Source: a virus (lineage: Duplodnaviria > Caudoviricetes). From it: a stretch of DNA of 47,664 nt. This document shows, piece by piece, positions 45,990-47,664 of this stretch. Every line of letters starts with the position of its first letter. Positions within the stretch are counted from its first letter, which is position 1. The stretch lies in IMG/VR virus record IMGVR_UViG_3300040733_000024, positions 1 to 47,664 of that record; one strand, 5' to 3'. The notes beneath the pieces are model-generated. The model did no database searches and was not told where the DNA came from. It worked only from the letters and a program-made list of their open reading frames with translations. A program made the translations under genes and the position numbers.

Positions 45990-46005
45990 ATCATTAAGCA
46001 ATCAT
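45990..46005. other. Prophage-host junction (att site) inside prkA
   Basis: PrkA similarity ends at ...GAG ATG ATT G. An imperfect dyad ATCATT-AAGC-AATCAT spans the break. The exact crossover is not resolvable from this window. Confidence 0.7.
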
Positions 46006-46869
46006 CTCGTCCGCATAAATCAGCGCGAAGCGGCCGGCCTTGAAGTTGCCTTCCTGAGAGAGGCTGAGCAGGTTCCAGAGGAACTTTTCATCACACTTCA
46101 GCATCTCCTGGAATTCCATCATGCCCCTGTTGGCGATGTTCAGTTCCCCGTCAAAACGGTAGGCGCGGGGGTCAGACTCGGACCCGTATTCGGTAATGGT
46201 GGAAAAATCCATACTGCCGGTAAGGTCGGCGATGTCCTGTGACTTTGGGTCCGATGGGGTGAAAGTGCCTACGCCGACCCGGTTATCTTCGGATAAGAAA
46301 ACTCTCTCCACCGGCACTTTTTCTATATTCCCGCCGTACTCCACATCAACCATCATCCGGCAGGAGGGACAAAGCTCCCCTTCAATATAAACATTGTAAA
46401 GTTTTTGGAACTCCTCCCGTAATTCTCTGGGAATCAGGTGCAGGGGTTCCTCGTGCATGGGGCAGCCCTTGATCCCGTAAAAAGCTCCCTCATCAGTTCT
46501 GCTGTACTTTTCCAGGCCCTTTTTAAGCATTGCCACCAGGGTTGATTTACCCCCGCTTACCGGCCCCATCAACAGCAAGATCCTCTTACGCACGTCGAGA
46601 CGGCGGGCAGCCGGGTGAAAGTATTCCTCAACTAACTTCTCCAGGGTTTTTTCCAGGCCGAATAACTCGGAAGAAAAGAAATGATACTGCTTCAACGTGT
46701 CTTTCTCTTCAACCCCGGCACACTTGATCATATTATAAATCCTGGCGTGGGCAAGTTGGCAGACATAGGGCCTTCCACTGACAATCTCAAGGTAATCCTT
46801 GAAAGATCCTTCCCAGGCAAGCTGCTTTTCCAGGGAACGATATTCTTCTATAAGCCTCAGGAAATCCAT
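45994..46869 (-). pseudogene. prkA: 5' half of the host PrkA/YeaG-family AAA+ sporulation protein gene, interrupted by the prophage
   Basis: HPAARRLDVRKRILLLMGPVSGGKST, DFSTITEYGSESDPRAYRFDGELN and QEGNFKAGRFALI motifs; stops at 291 aa, whereas Bacillus PrkA is about 630 aa. Confidence 0.9.
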
Positions 46870-47198
46870 GGTTTCACTCCTTCTCTATAGTTTCAAAACC
46901 TACCGGCTTCCACTCAGGCGGTGAACACATCAAAACGAATACTACATTATATGCGAAACTGGCAAAAAGAAGAATGTGAGCTACCCGCAAGAGCACCCGG
47001 ATAACAAATATTGTCGATTTGCAATAAAAAAGCATTATGATTATGAGGAATTAGTTTGCGTCCCCTTACCACTTATATAAGGTATTAAAAGCAAATAAAA
47101 AAGGCCACAAAAAATTCCCATCCAGATTCAAAACCACCTATTTTCCCAATGCAGTCGTTTAACTGCAACCAGTAGACTCGCCCTTTTTTAGAGAATAA

Positions 47199-47549
47199 TA
47201 TTTTGAATATGCTTCCCAAAGGTTTGAGCACCCCGCCGATTTTTCAATAAAAGACTACATGTCCATCTGCTTGGGCGTGATTAATGACGGGAAGGTTTGC
47301 CGGGTCAGGCTGAAATTTATCCCTGAAGTCGCCCACCGGGTTAAGAACCTGATTTACCACCCCTCGCAGAAATTCGAGGGTGAACTGCCGGACGGCTCAG
47401 TTGTACTGTCCTTTGAAGCCTGCGATATAGCCGAGATGAGGACGTGGATAGTGCAGTGGGGTTATGCTGTCGAGGTATTGGAACCGGACTGGCTGAAAGA
47501 GGATATCTGCAAAATAGCCAGGCGGGTCGTGGAGATTTATAACCTGTAG
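47199..47549 (+). pseudogene. Truncated WYL-family regulator remnant (WCX C-terminal domain only)
   Basis: FEHPADFSIKDY...VRLKF...HPSQ...LPDGSV...WIVQWG.AVEVLEP.WL; in-frame TAA at 47196; no HTH or WYL core upstream. Confidence 0.65.
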
Positions 47550-47664
47550 ATCAGTAATACTATCGAATAAAAGATGAAAAAGCTTATTTTACAGTATTAT
47601 ACATAGTTTTATTTAGTTGAAAATATTTGCGCAATACAATGGCCCAGTGTCTCCTTGGCAGATA

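Larger units (their letters stand above)
1..45998. mobile_element. Temperate prophage (siphovirus-type, long non-contractile tail); left end outside the window, right end inside prkA
   Basis: Head, tail, lysis and replication modules are present. A large serine integrase abuts a host prkA gene truncated mid-motif. There is a tape measure and a major tail protein but no sheath gene. Confidence 0.95.

Noticed and set aside
1-47664. tRNA, rRNA, IS elements, introns or inteins
   Set aside because: I saw no cloverleaf, rRNA, transposase or splicing motifs, and terL, helicase and primase have normal lengths.

Overview
Positions 1 to about 45998 are the right-hand part of a temperate siphovirus-type prophage in a spore-forming Bacillota (Firmicutes) genome. 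The element continues past the left edge of the window. Most phage genes lie on the minus strand. From right to left: a large serine integrase (+ strand); small accessory genes; a 3-gene module with a 1177-aa protein carrying 35 basic 14-aa repeats; an HTH terminase-small-like gene; a tyrosine recombinase; a ~9 kb accessory block between terS and terL (N6/N4 methylase, complete C-regulated AgeI-like R-M cassette, papain+SPOR protein, HNH-AP2 endonuclease, MT-A70 methylase, MazG-like protein); head genes, including a MuF-type protein with a metallopeptidase-like tip; tail genes with a -1 frameshifted chaperone; lysis genes; a CAP-domain moron; the replication module; and a LytTR regulator. The prophage end interrupts the host sporulation gene prkA inside a conserved motif, which suggests a skin/SPbeta-like gene-interrupting element. 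Non-coding signals read directly from the sequence: a second copy of the replication-origin iteron array 32 kb from the rep gene, four copies of a fixed-spacing promoter motif (TTAAACAA-N15-CTTAYTTAY), a polar ~18-bp operator family, and a G-quadruplex/pac-like tract inserted in frame in the tyrosine recombinase. All family assignments come from motif recognition by eye, not from database searches.
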